NCBI GenBank assembly: GCA_903862465.1 | Contig: CAIOYH010000068.1 | Location: forward strand, 280 to 64,279 | Origin: an uncultured bacterium | GTDB lineage: Bacteria > Bacteroidota > Bacteroidia > Bacteroidales > CAIWKO01 | Direction: 5' to 3' | DNA: 64,000 bases | Shown: positions 20,301-24,142 of the stretch, in pieces | Layout of the letters: the number at the start of each line of letters is the position of its first letter | How positions within the stretch are numbered: the stretch's first letter is position 1 | Notes under the pieces: model-generated | What the model was told of the DNA's origin: nothing | What the model saw: the letters and a program-made list of their open reading frames with translations, nothing else | Databases searched by the model: none | Made by a program: the position numbers and the translations under genes

Positions 20301-21409
20301 CTTATTCCATTAAATGTTGCCGTATTATTGGCTGCATTTACCGATGTGGCAGTAGCCAGCGATGTCCAACTTGCATCGGAATTATCCGCTCTTGCGTAAA
20401 GCAAAATGCTGGTGGGCAAATTTTGGTCAGCCGTTAATAAATCTTCGCTTACTGTAAAAGTCAGGTTTGAAGTGAATGTGCCTGTTCCAAAACGTTTAAC
20501 TACCCAATATTGTGCATTAAAAACTGTTGAAACCCCGGTCGGGCTTACATTTGGTAAGGTATCAATGCGGCTTGCTACTATGGTATCAATACCGCTTTTG
20601 GCAGTAAAATTCATAACTAAACCGGTTCCGGTAAAGGTTTTTGTTCCTGTAGCGTTTACAATCTGGGTGTTTACAGCTCCGGCTGCAAAAGGAATGGTGG
20701 AAGCTACCCAGTTGGCGTTTGTCATATTATTGAGCGTACCGTTGGCTGTTCCTTTCAGGTCGGTCAAGGTGGTGCCGCTTCCATTGTTAAACTGCCAGTA
20801 ATTTTTAAGATTTGCATTGGCAATGGGTGCGTTTCGGTACATATCTTCACGTATATCCGACATTGCACGGGCATAGTTCCAAACACTCACTTCATCCATC
20901 TTACCGTTGAATGCTTCTGAACCGCTGGCACTAAAAGAAAAACTACCCGATGGGGCATACAATCCACCGGCAGGAGATGCAGTCTTTAAAAGTTTGCCGT
21001 TCAGGTAAAGTTTCATGCTTGTGCCATCGTACGTACCGGCAATATGCATCCACGTTCCGGTAGTCAACACATTTTCAACAAGCATGCCAACCAGAGAACC
21101 GTCAGTTTTCTTTATATAAAAATGCAGTGCATTCGTGCCCCCGTAAATTGTTCCATCGTAGCGCAACACAGCCACTTCGGGCTGAATTGTTACATATCGC
21201 TGAACAGTTCCGGGCAGGGTATTGTGATACACCCATGCTTCGATGGTGATTGCCGTGAGAGCTGTGCTTATTCCCGTTGCACCGGAAACATACTGTGTAC
21301 TCCCATTAAAGCTGAGCGCTTTTTTTGGCGATTGAGTTTGTGCCTCTAACTGAAAACTTATGGCTAATACCATAAGTAATAGGATACTCTTCAATAGTTT
21401 TGTTTTCAT
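5348..21409 (-). CDS. giant (~5350 aa) mosaic cell-surface/adhesin-like protein with T9SS C-terminal sorting domain
   Basis: A single uninterrupted 16-kb ORF. The ATG at 21409 gives signal peptide MKTKLLKSILLLMVLAISFQLEAQ, whereas the track start at 21445 is TTG. Modules from N to C: LamG/ConA-like (FNGKMDEVSVWN), GLUG-type repeats, a Gly-rich block, IPT/TIG-like, 7 FG-GAP/VCBS blades, 4 LRR cassettes, 88-aa Ig-like repeats, MBG-like repeats, a GSLRDAI-type segment, and a T9SS CTD. Confidence 0.9.
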   Translation of the reverse strand: MKTKLLKSILLLMVLAISFQLEAQTQSPKKALSFNGSTQYVSGATGISTALTAITIEAWVYHNTLPGTVQRYVTIQPEVAVLRYDGTIYGGTNALHFYIKKTDGSLVGMLVENVLTTGTWMHIAGTYDGTSMKLYLNGKLLKTASPAGGLYAPSGSFSFSASGSEAFNGKMDEVSVWNYARAMSDIREDMYRNAPIANANLKNYWQFNNGSGTTLTDLKGTANGTLNNMTNANWVASTIPFAAGAVNTQIVNATGTKTFTGTGLVMNFTAKSGIDTIVASRIDTLPNVSPTGVSTVFNAQYWVVKRFGTGTFTSNLTFTVSEDLLTADQNLPTSILLYARADNSDASWTSLATATSVNAANNTATFNGISAFSQFMVVRNCTPPAISSQSTATQTRSLNGTFTAITVTATGTNVTYQWYSNATASNSGGTSLGSNNGAQTNSYTPQATTIGTLYYYCVVSSICGAAQTSAVSGAFIVNPIATAPAGSGTAGAPYQIANLNNLYWLSINSGYWNKNYIQTADIDASQTANWNSGSGFSPIGNYATPFQGTYNGQNHTITGLYISRSSTDYVGLFGYMLGSGNGVTNLGLININITGGNFVGGLLGMRGGGTISNCYSTGSVSGGDEVGGIAGEFDSGTMDSSYSKANVSGNHYVAGLVALNNNGTISNSHTTGNISGNKMVGGLVGNNASTGALIIKCYSTGSVTGATGTNYGFVGGLVAYNGGTISKCYATGSVTGIGSSIYVGGLVGAHEGADLTNSYATGNVSGNNYVGGLVGSNASPANNCYSNGSVSSIGTNIGGLLGNNNYYEDITNCFWDTQTSGKSTSFGGTGLTTAEMKTQSPFTTSPSDWDFTTGSGIWKIENCSYISYPYLREITYDTPGASPEVNPIPGLEQANPPTTITSQSTATQTQCLNGTFTPITVTATGTNLSYQWYWLTSPGNSGGTSLAANNGAQTYSYTPQATTEGTLYYYCVVSGTCEAVSSAASGAFITDAATNISSQSTASQTQCLNGTFTPITVTATGTNLSYQWYSSASSNNSGGTSLAANNGAQTYSYTPQATTAGTLYYYCVVTSTCAAVSSAASGAFITNAVTNISSQSTAGQTQNIGGTFNPITVTATGTNLTYQWYSNASSNNSGGTSLAANNGAQTYSYTPQTTTTGTLYYYCVVTGTCGTATSAVSGAFQVMAVFTSSGSWTVPENVYTITVHCWGGGGGGGAAYGNYGSNAAGGAGGGGAYSQQLMQVLPGQVYTVTVGAGGIGGILRDGNDGGTTTFTGIAGTCSAAPGLGGEYTACSGYCYGHGGTGGSSGAGYLYKGGDGGSGNNYDYGGGGGGAAGSGSNGSNGGMHNYRGAGGTGTYPGGNGGTGGNNRGNGADGSIPGGGGGGAADNTNGTKGGAGARGEIKVTYSPCDLTITQQPASPPIICPGTATVHFTVAVSGGTSYQWQEYNGTSWANISNGGVYSNATTPTLTLTNPTYALNGYKYRCMSGCIHSDGNATLILYTTPIATITPNGQTSTCTGDAATLTSNAGVSYLWSTGATTQSIGATIPDFYTVTVTDGDGCHAVSSATSVIVNPRPSPIINPVGPVTINAGSSTLLQSDVHSSYLWSTGETTQTITASTSGSYTVTAKNSYGCPGTSPATTVVVNGTPTITSFTPTSGPIGTTVTISGTNFDTNPSNDIVFFGATIATVTAASATSLTVTVPAGITYQNISVTKFNTGLTAYSAQPFMTTFACGGVINTGSFESFTDFPANIEPYNMTMCDVNLDGKPDIIVTNNFKYISVLTNNSTGNTISFDQGTYLDGIVDETQFYGIAVADVDGDGKPDIVATNDNYSGYDTDYNVVLVFRNTSTGGNLSFASPIHYTTGVHPCGVAIGDLDVDGKPDLVVVNKISNTISVFRNTSTAGTLSFAPKMDYASGNVPENVAIGDLDGDGKPELAVSNSEEGFASVYKNTSTPGGISFAAATNLTMGSNIYWVQMGDVDGDGTLDLAAASYSENSISVCRNTSTSGNISFATPVKFITGSNPLNFSIGDIDGDSKPDIATSYTGYNYAIPIIKNTSTPGTISFAPTLYYSIPKYSPNTVTIGDLNGDGKPDLAYTYYHNSGNNQKISTLTNVIVNTESGITSTTPGSTCGPGQVILKATGNYGAINWYANATGGTPLGTGTSFTTPVISADITYFVAANDGCTTCPRTAITASYLPAASEAPTNTTPAPNQTICIGNSTTLNASGSGTPGWYDVATGGDILYEGSNYTTPPLNSSTTFYVQAPSTCQNVPRTAIDVTVTFLPAPTNTTPDANQTVCSGNSTTLSASGTGTLGWYNAATGGNHLGTGTNFTTPVLNSNTTFYVQDSTCGASITRTAIIVTSIPLPPAPTNTTPPDNQLILTGNSTTLSASGTGTLGWYTAGGIYLGAGTDFTTPVLTSNTTYYVQDNTTCGASLTRTAITVTVQCIVNIPDANFKAYLMAIPGLDANSDGKIECGEAADYTGDIDVQSKNISDMTGIEAFTSITKLFCNSNNLTTLHISALTLLTDLDCSNNQLTALDVSSNTALVNFLCGNNSLTSLNISGFSSLNYFGCAYNQITSLDVSSNSALIGLYCNNNLLTNLNVSGLTSLVRINCASNQLTSLDFSSNTAISRLDCSYNSLSSLNIKNGNNTNISNSYFCTTHNPDLTCIQVDNMSWSKTNWTNKDAIARYSTDCSICVVNIPDANFKAALLLIPGLDDGEGEIKCSDAAAYTGDLNVSEKNISDLTGIASFTNITYLDCFGNSLTSLNVSSNTHLTYLDCSSNSITGLDVSSNTALQTLNCNANALTSLNVSDLTALSDLAFSNNHITSMNVSSNTALTYLDCSINLLASINVSSNTALTYLDCNHNSLKYLDVSSNIALRTFTCINNLLMTLNIKNGHNTNINTDFYATNNPSLTCIQVDNVQWSEDYWSGGIDEAIFSTDCGICVINIPDAHFKAALIATSGLDANGDGEVQCDEATAYTGTIYATSSPITDLTGIEAFINITELNCYMDLLTSLDLSSNTKIERLDCSGNALTTLNVTGITALLAIDCAGNQITTLDLHTNTALTYLNCNTNNLTNLNITGLSLITEIYCNSNQLSNLYVSLNTALMGMNCSDNAITTLDVSSVSALKTLYCQNNSLTSLNVKNGNNVNFIDIDATNNPDLTCIQVDNVPWSTANWQKKDATARYSTNCSACVVIIPDANFNAALLAISGIDANNDGEIECSEAAAYTGSINVSGHNISDLTGIASFTNITYLDCSSNSLTSLNLSSNTHLTYLDCSGNLLTSLNVSSLTSLTELYCYFNHLTSLDVSSNTALTTLATGINSLSSLNVISNTALQTLYCNNNQLTSLNVKNGYNTNLTDFDASSNPNLTCIQVDNVAWSTANWTNKDAGASFSTNCSCTNPAITNQATDMQTQCVGGTFTPITVTATGTSLSYQWFSNLSNSNSGGQTLSSTNGAQTNSYTPQAGTEGTLYYYCVVTGLCGTPQKSLISGAFIVYPATVAGTVSGGTTICSGSTSGLLTLGSYTGTIIKWQSSVSPFTSWTDISNTLATYTSGALSETTEFRAVVQSGVCSATNSTSTTVTVDPTSEGGAVSGGTTICSGSTSGLLTLGSYTGTIIKWQSSVSPFTSWTDISNTLATYTSETLSETTQFRAVIQSGVCSATNSTSTTVTVDPTSEGGAVSGGTTVCSGVTSGLLILGSYTGTIIKWQSSVSPFTSWNDISNTLATYTSGTLSETTQFRAVVQSGVCSATNSTPTTVTVDPTSVGGAVSGGTTICSGSISGLLTLGSYTGTIIKWQSSLSPFTSWNDISNTLTTYTSEALSETTQFRAVVQSGVCPVANSDPTTVTVDPTSVGGAVSGGTTICSGSTSDLLTLGSYTGTIIKWQSSVSPFTSWTDISNTLATYTSGALSETTEFRAVVQNGTCPEAYSDPTTVTVNPASVGGSVTGGTSVCYGTNSGLLTLTGQTGTVVKWQSGVLISGTWTYSDLANTNTTYTSGPLTQNTRFRAFVKSGTCSQAISANTLVTVNPLSVGGAVASNQTICSGSTPASLTLSGNTGSVVRWEKSSDVSFTSPITIVSTSITLTGATIGNLSSNTYFRAVVKSGACSQANSDPVLISVDPTTVGGTVTGTSSICFGNTSGLLSLTGYMGTVQKWQSTVSPFTVWTDITNTNDSYTSGPLSETTRFRAVVKSGVCLTLNSGYKQIVVKPNPTFTTGTVSPSNCYGDDVLFTASGLLPNLNNTFYSTITYGSTVLNVTRNVTSDALGNVSYTGSGFSPDNYIYELTSIAVNGCTTNFTDMITNFVVHPLPTASINGTATACVGSTPSPEITFTGAGGTSAYSFTYTLNSGGNTFVTSVGNSITVPQSTINSGEFVYDLVSVSDVYGCSQLQTGSASITVDPTSNGGSISGTSSITYGSSTGTMTLGGYTGIIQGWEKKLNLGSWTTISNTNDTYSEYPTTAGTWYYRAIVKNGVCSETTSTSFTLTVNKAPLTVTANNKSKVYGATDPNLDYTASGTLYYSDTYSVITGVNLSTTIGAAATYGTHDITATGGTATNYEVTHANGTLTVSKAAALTVTANSKSKVYGAIDPALDYSITGTFYYTDDYSVITGVNLSTTIGAAATFGTHPITASGGTATNYEVTHVAGTLTVSKATLTVINALAHNKIYDTYTIASVSGAQLNGVLYSGTVNLGNSTTGNFVQANVGTDIVVSSTMTISGADAFNYNLIQPSYLIADISAKPLTITAENKSKNYDGLVFNSFTVTYSGFITGENDTDLEGSIAFGGTAPTATAVGTYTIIPSGQTSNNYAITYYNGTLTINNNTSVTVTNTLNSGYGSLRDAIANVNNNGTVTFAQEIDGQTITLATSITIDKNITFDNCTHITGITITGSGSNFTINTGKSLTLNGCSKVTVEGSITNNAGVSGLVLASGSSFINNSCSLPATTQRALTNNWHLFGSPFQQSMGASLSNITPIGGSTQLKPYNDGHNWLTNVTSSYYFLQPTVGYAVCPSATFTASLSGNLFCTNLPDPCTYSIPLVFDGPLATHSWNLLANPFPSYLDWNDLGKTNISTTLYLWNPAMMGPPVTNTSYFSVYNSANGVGVPSTTKQFIAPLQGFFVKAICAKPRITLPLSARTHSTGTFYKEADNTEILVRLKTETDMGMDEMVICRNPDAKLTYEDYDSEKMFDGLPVGMYSQAASGEKLVINTISNTNAIIPLSIMGGAGDKAKITAFDLESSIPVYLEDRLKGKITNLSENSSYNFEFPTNEVTGRFFIRFNNSNAPLTASNINVFATSQKLNIIAQTGEEIQEVEVFTLTGACVFKAKPNSSNVFTETLKLSSAIYLVKVKTSLATKNVKVSWE
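5351..5580 (-). other. T9SS (Por) C-terminal sorting domain of the giant protein
   Basis: The last ~75 aa are SNINVFATSQKLNII..VEVFTLTGACVF..SAIYLVKVKTSLATKNVKVSWE, the typical type-A CTD pattern. Confidence 0.7.
6970..7965 (-). repeat. four MBG-like repeats; the first two form a close ~237-bp tandem duplicate
   Basis: KAPLTVTANNKSKVYGATDPNLDYTASG.., AALTVTANSKSKVYGAIDPALDYSITG.., KPLTITAENKSKNYDG... Nucleotide blocks ~7495-7730 and ~7732-7965 are visibly near-identical. Confidence 0.6.
9600..10925 (-). repeat. five near-identical 264-bp (88-aa) tandem repeats inside the giant gene
   Basis: The anchor gaagtgaatgg recurs at 9741, 10005, 10269, 10533 and 10797, an exact 264-nt period. The peptide unit is GGAVSGGTTICSGSTSGLLTLGSYTGTIIKWQSSVSPFTSWTDISNTLATYTS..FRAVVQSGVC..TVTVDPTS. 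Three diverged copies continue to ~8800 and one more lies near 7970-8230. Confidence 0.9.
11225..14095 (-). repeat. four leucine-rich-repeat cassettes (~210-250 aa each)
   Basis: Each cassette opens with C(I/V)(V/I)NIPDA(N/H)FKA.L (near 14090, 13335, 12590, 11845). Each carries LxxLxCxxNxLTxLDVS repeats and closes with LTCIQVDN..WS..NW..STNCS. Confidence 0.8.
15075..16230 (-). repeat. seven FG-GAP/VCBS-type blades (predicted beta-propeller)
   Basis: CDVNLDGKPDIIV, ADVDGDGKPDIVA, GDLDVDGKPDLVV, GDLDGDGKPELAV, GDVDGDGTLDLAA, GDIDGDSKPDIAT, GDLNGDGKPDLAY. Confidence 0.75.
17195..17855 (-). other. glycine-rich domain of the giant protein (local GC spike)
   Basis: SGSWTVPENVYTITVHCWGGGGGGGAAYG..GAGGGGAY..VYTVTVGAGGIGG.. 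ending GARGEIKVTYSPC. It creates spurious long ORFs in other frames. Confidence 0.7.
17860..18720 (-). repeat. three tandem 288-bp (96-aa) Ig-like repeats; single related copies near 19985-20270 and 10940-11220
   Basis: The anchor gtataactat recurs at 17961, 18249 and 18537 (period 288). The peptide unit is ISSQSTA.QTQCLNGTFTPITVTATGTNLSYQWY..NSGGTSLAANNGAQTYSYTPQ..GTLYYYCVV. Confidence 0.85.
18950..19650 (-). repeat. GLUG-motif-type repeats
   Basis: Reiterated FVGGLLG / YVAGLVA / MVGGLVGNN / YVGGLVGAH / YVGGLVGSN / IGGLLGNN, each followed by (N/K)CY(S/A)TG(S/N)VSG-like strands. Confidence 0.65.
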
Positions 21410-21475
21410 AGCTTTTTTGTTATTAAGATTTATGTTTATATTCAATTTTTACAAGAAGTTAAAGGGGCTGGATTT

Positions 21476-21820
21476 TTATATTAGGAATCGTATTTTATGT
21501 TCGAATTCATGTTTTGTGGAGTTTTTCAGAATGGCATCAATGGTTTTAAAACGATTGTAATGACACTCTTCTTTGTTATTTGCTAAAAGCAGAAATTTTG
21601 CAGCGGGATGAACGGAGAGTATTTGCATAATAATTTCATTACCTGCATTTTCCCAAAGGCTGTAATCTATAATCATAAAATCAATCGCTTCATTGTTTGT
21701 GCTTTGCAAATCGTTTATAGAGTCCGTATCAAAAACAACATTGAAATCTTGAATTTGATTCAAAACGGTTTTCAAGCTTTCGCGAAATGTTTTGTTTGGT
21801 TCTATGATGATGATGTTCAT
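21476..21820 (-). CDS. stand-alone degenerate receiver (REC-like) protein, paralogue of the nearby LuxR-type regulator
   Basis: 114 aa with no output domain. IIIEPNKTF aligns with IVDDHDLF of the regulator at 24143-24778. FNVVFDTDSINDL aligns with FVIIFDTSNGNLF. The Asp (IIDYSL) and Lys (ILKNS) are kept. The acidic pair is E-P and the Thr position is Ala. Confidence 0.65.
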   Translation of the reverse strand: MNIIIIEPNKTFRESLKTVLNQIQDFNVVFDTDSINDLQSTNNEAIDFMIIDYSLWENAGNEIIMQILSVHPAAKFLLLANNKEECHYNRFKTIDAILKNSTKHEFEHKIRFLI

Positions 21821-21904
21821 TGGGTTTTTCTGTAAAAATGTTTCATTTGCAACTGTTTTTAATGCGAAACCTATTTATAAGCTGTTGTTGTAAAATATAG
21901 AGTA

Positions 21905-22276
21905 TTAAAGTTTTTTAAATGTTTTTGCAATGTTTTGATAGCGGTCAGACGTAACGCTACTTGGACGGGCTTCATAGTCTTGGGCATCTTCTAATGTCAT
22001 ATAAATTGTCCCGTTTGTTAACTTCACGGTGAAATTAAACAGTTCATTCAAGAAGTGCTCTTGATAAGAACCAATTTCGGGATTCACTTGTTGGGCAAGA
22101 AAAATAATGCCTAAAACGCCATTGGTATGTGATGTGGTTTTGTTCATTTGTTTGAGGTATTTCGCTGCATTATTTACATTCAATTTATTATTAGGCACGA
22201 CATTTATTTCGTGTATAACTGTACAATTTAAAAGGGCTTTAGCCAAAAGCACTTTTGATTTTTTCAACCCCATCAA
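21905..22276 (-). CDS. hypothetical protein (123 aa)
   Basis: ATG start, no signal peptide, no motif I recognise. Sits between two better-supported minus-strand genes. Confidence 0.45.
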   Translation of the reverse strand: MMGLKKSKVLLAKALLNCTVIHEINVVPNNKLNVNNAAKYLKQMNKTTSHTNGVLGIIFLAQQVNPEIGSYQEHFLNELFNFTVKLTNGTIYMTLEDAQDYEARPSSVTSDRYQNIAKTFKKL

Positions 22277-22302
22277 TGGCGTTGGTAATTATTTCAATTA
22301 AA

Positions 22303-22322
22303 CCGACGGCGTAACCCGTCGG
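22303..22322. terminator. bidirectional hairpin between the 234-aa and 123-aa genes
   Basis: CCGACGG-cgtaac-CCGTCGG (7-bp stem), preceded by aaa and followed by ttttttatt. On the minus strand it is followed by TTTAATT. Confidence 0.5.
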
Positions 22323-22345
22323 TTTTTTATTATACCTATATACTA

Positions 22346-23050
22346 TCAAATTACATGTGATTTGACGGCTTCCGATACTTTTGGCGGGATTCCATCATCT
22401 TTTGGAATATATTCGGCTAAATACCAAACATCCTGATCCAACTCTTCGGCATCAAAATGGTTGATAAATTTACCTCTTTTCAATATGCCCAAATAGGAAC
22501 ATTGTTTCACATTTGTGGGTGCGTCCGCTCCAAAAAACTGATATAGGTTGGTGTGTTTCACATCCCAAGGCACTGCAACTTTGTTGCTTTTGCTGTTTAT
22601 AACATTAATTTCCTGCTCCAGATGGGTATAATTTCCAATTGGTTTGATAAGCGGAACACTGTTTTTGATACTTGGTTCATCAATTGTATGTCCGCCATCA
22701 ACCCATTTCACTCCATAGCCCAACAGATTTGCCTTTCCGGTATCTTCTCCAATAGCTGCCTTAATCAGCGGGGGCCAATCGTCGGTAATGATTTTCGTAA
22801 CCTTTTTTCTGTCTGCTTTAATATCCTTTGTCAACTGCTTTGCCTCCAAAATGAGTGCTATGCGATTAGCCTCTTTGGTTTCTATGCCCACAACTAAAGT
22901 CTTTGTGGTAGTAGCGTTAGTAATAGCCGGGACAAGGGTAGCATTGTCAATTTCGGCTTGTGCCTGCGATTTGCTTTTGGTTACGAATTCACCAATTCCC
23001 AAATCGCTTAACCCGGCAACGAGTTCAAATTTTTTGTTTAGTTCAGTCAT
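22346..23050 (-). CDS. hypothetical protein (234 aa; helical N-half, Fn3-like beta-rich C-half by eye)
   Basis: ATG start. The C-terminal pattern ..VAVPWD..NLYQFFGA..DVWYLAEYIPKDDGIPPKVSEAV resembles the end of an Fn3-type fold. No family is recognised. Confidence 0.55.
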   Translation of the reverse strand: MTELNKKFELVAGLSDLGIGEFVTKSKSQAQAEIDNATLVPAITNATTTKTLVVGIETKEANRIALILEAKQLTKDIKADRKKVTKIITDDWPPLIKAAIGEDTGKANLLGYGVKWVDGGHTIDEPSIKNSVPLIKPIGNYTHLEQEINVINSKSNKVAVPWDVKHTNLYQFFGADAPTNVKQCSYLGILKRGKFINHFDAEELDQDVWYLAEYIPKDDGIPPKVSEAVKSHVI

Positions 23051-23056
23051 AATGTT

Positions 23057-23617
23057 TTATTTAAAATTTATGGTTCCCGTTGGACTGTTAATTATTTTAA
23101 TTAAGCCCTTAGCCATCGGGATTTCTTCGGGATTAATTATTTTTTCATTGTATATAATATAAGGTGATATTTTTACTCCATTCGTCGAGGCGAATGCTCT
23201 GTTCGTCGCGGCGAACGTTCTGTTCGTTGCGGCGAGTGCTCTGTTCGGCGAGGCGAGTGTTCTGTTCGTTGAGGCGAACGCTCTGTTCGGTGCGGCGAAC
23301 GCTCCGTTCGGCGAGGCGAATGCTCCGTTCGGCGAGGCGAACGCTCCGTTCGGCGAGGCGAATGCTCTGTTCGGCGCGCCGAGTGCTCTGTTCGCCTCGT
23401 TTTTTTTGGCTGTTTTTGCCGTGTTTTCGGGTTTCGATTCGCCGTTTATTATTGTTGTTGCTTCATTTACAGATATATTGTAAAGATAGTGCGTTTTCAG
23501 CGTCGAATTCGTAAAAATATATAAAGAAAAGGAAAGCATCGTAATACAAGTGCAATTGCTCATAGATAATGAGTAATTGTTGTTGGCAAAAATGACGATA
23601 TTTTTTTCAGATTTCAT
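23057..23617 (-). CDS. possible membrane-anchored heptad-repeat protein (186 aa); coding status uncertain
   Basis: ATG at 23617. Hydrophobic segment CITMLSFSLYIF. About 10 heptads N(R/G)(A/T)(F/L)A(S/A)(P/T) are encoded by the 21-bp array. The stop lies only 6 nt before the ATG of the next gene. The array is also open in a + strand frame, so the ORF could be a repeat artefact. Confidence 0.35.
   Translation of the reverse strand: MKSEKNIVIFANNNYSLSMSNCTCITMLSFSLYIFTNSTLKTHYLYNISVNEATTIINGESKPENTAKTAKKNEANRALGAPNRAFASPNGAFASPNGAFASPNGAFAAPNRAFASTNRTLASPNRALAATNRTFAATNRAFASTNGVKISPYIIYNEKIINPEEIPMAKGLIKIINSPTGTINFK
23180..23398. repeat. degenerate 21-bp tandem array 1 (~10.5 units)
   Basis: The units are cgaggcgaatgctctgttcgt / cgcggcgaacgttctgttcgt / ... 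/ cgaggcgaacgctccgttcgg. The best units contain the palindrome CGAACG-ctc-CGTTCG. The array is noticeably more GC-rich than its flanks. Confidence 0.9.
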
Positions 23618-23675
23618 AGTAAATTTATTCGATACAAATGTACTACCATCTGACTCCCTACGGTTGCGGGAAAGC

Positions 23676-23719
23676 CTGTAATCTCACTAAGGGAAATTCT
23701 GTAATCTTATTAAGGGAAA
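23676..23719. promoter_or_regulatory. two direct 21-bp repeats CTGTAATCT(c/t)A(c/t)TAAGGGAAA, 23-bp period
   Basis: Copies at 23676-23696 and 23699-23719, followed by the hairpin TAAGGGaaaaCCCTTA. They lie 59-102 nt upstream of the ATG at 23617 and ~425 nt downstream of the regulator gene stop. Confidence 0.35.
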
Positions 23720-23836
23720 ACCCTTAGGGGGAAGCTCCAAATATCAAATCCCAAGAACCAAATTCAAAAGGGAGGTGGCAGATGGTCATGAATGAGGCGG
23801 CGTTATGGTGTCAACATTTTGGACTAAAGTCCATGT

Positions 23837-24034
23837 GAAACAAACATTTCCACCACGACATAAATGTCGTGGCTAATGAATCTCAACAAACATATATGAT
23901 TAGCCATGACCTTCAGGTCGTGGTTCGATTAAAATTTATGGGAAACGAACATTGCCACCACGACATAAATGTCGTGGCTAATGAATCTCAACAAACATAA
24001 ATGATTAGCCATGACCTTCAGGTCGTGGTTCGAT
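23837..24034. repeat. two tandem 105-bp units, each carrying REP-like hairpins
   Basis: 23837-23929 and 23942-24034 are ~95% identical. Each has CCACGACAT-aa-ATGTCGTGG, GGCTAAT..ATTAGCC and CCATGACC-ttca-GGTCGTGG stems. A partial third copy lies near 24076. Confidence 0.85.
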
Positions 24035-24142
24035 AATTTACATCAACGAAGGGCTTCAGCCCAAAACGATTAAAATTGCCATGACACCCATATAATACGG
24101 TTGACCCTTGGAGCTTGGGTCTTGGGTCTTTCAACGTGGTTC

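Noticed and set aside
21410-21445. Upstream-extended alternative starts proposed by the ORF track for several genes
   Set aside because: At 21445, 40568, 46540, 47745, 58547 and 58970 the upstream start is TTG. In each case a downstream start (ATG, or GTG for mutS) gives a canonical signal peptide or N-terminus, or lies correctly downstream of a TAnnTTTG box. At 58477 the upstream start adds an implausible leader to the ssb-like gene, and the downstream ATG at 58402 is preferred.
23180-23398. CRISPR interpretation of the 21-bp arrays (also 50937-51187 and 39005-39180)
   Set aside because: The units are contiguous with no unique spacers, the repeats are degenerate, and there are no cas genes in the window.
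23164-23514. 116-aa Arg/Cys-rich + strand ORF over array 1
   Set aside because: It is open only because the 21-bp unit lacks stops in that frame. The product is an implausible RR(M/T)(L/F)CS polymer, and the strand is opposite to all neighbours.
23905-23932. tRNA-like T-arm string GGTCGTGGTTCGATT (repeated at 24010-24036)
   Set aside because: No acceptor stem, anticodon arm or closing T-stem can be drawn. It is part of the 105-bp REP-like unit.
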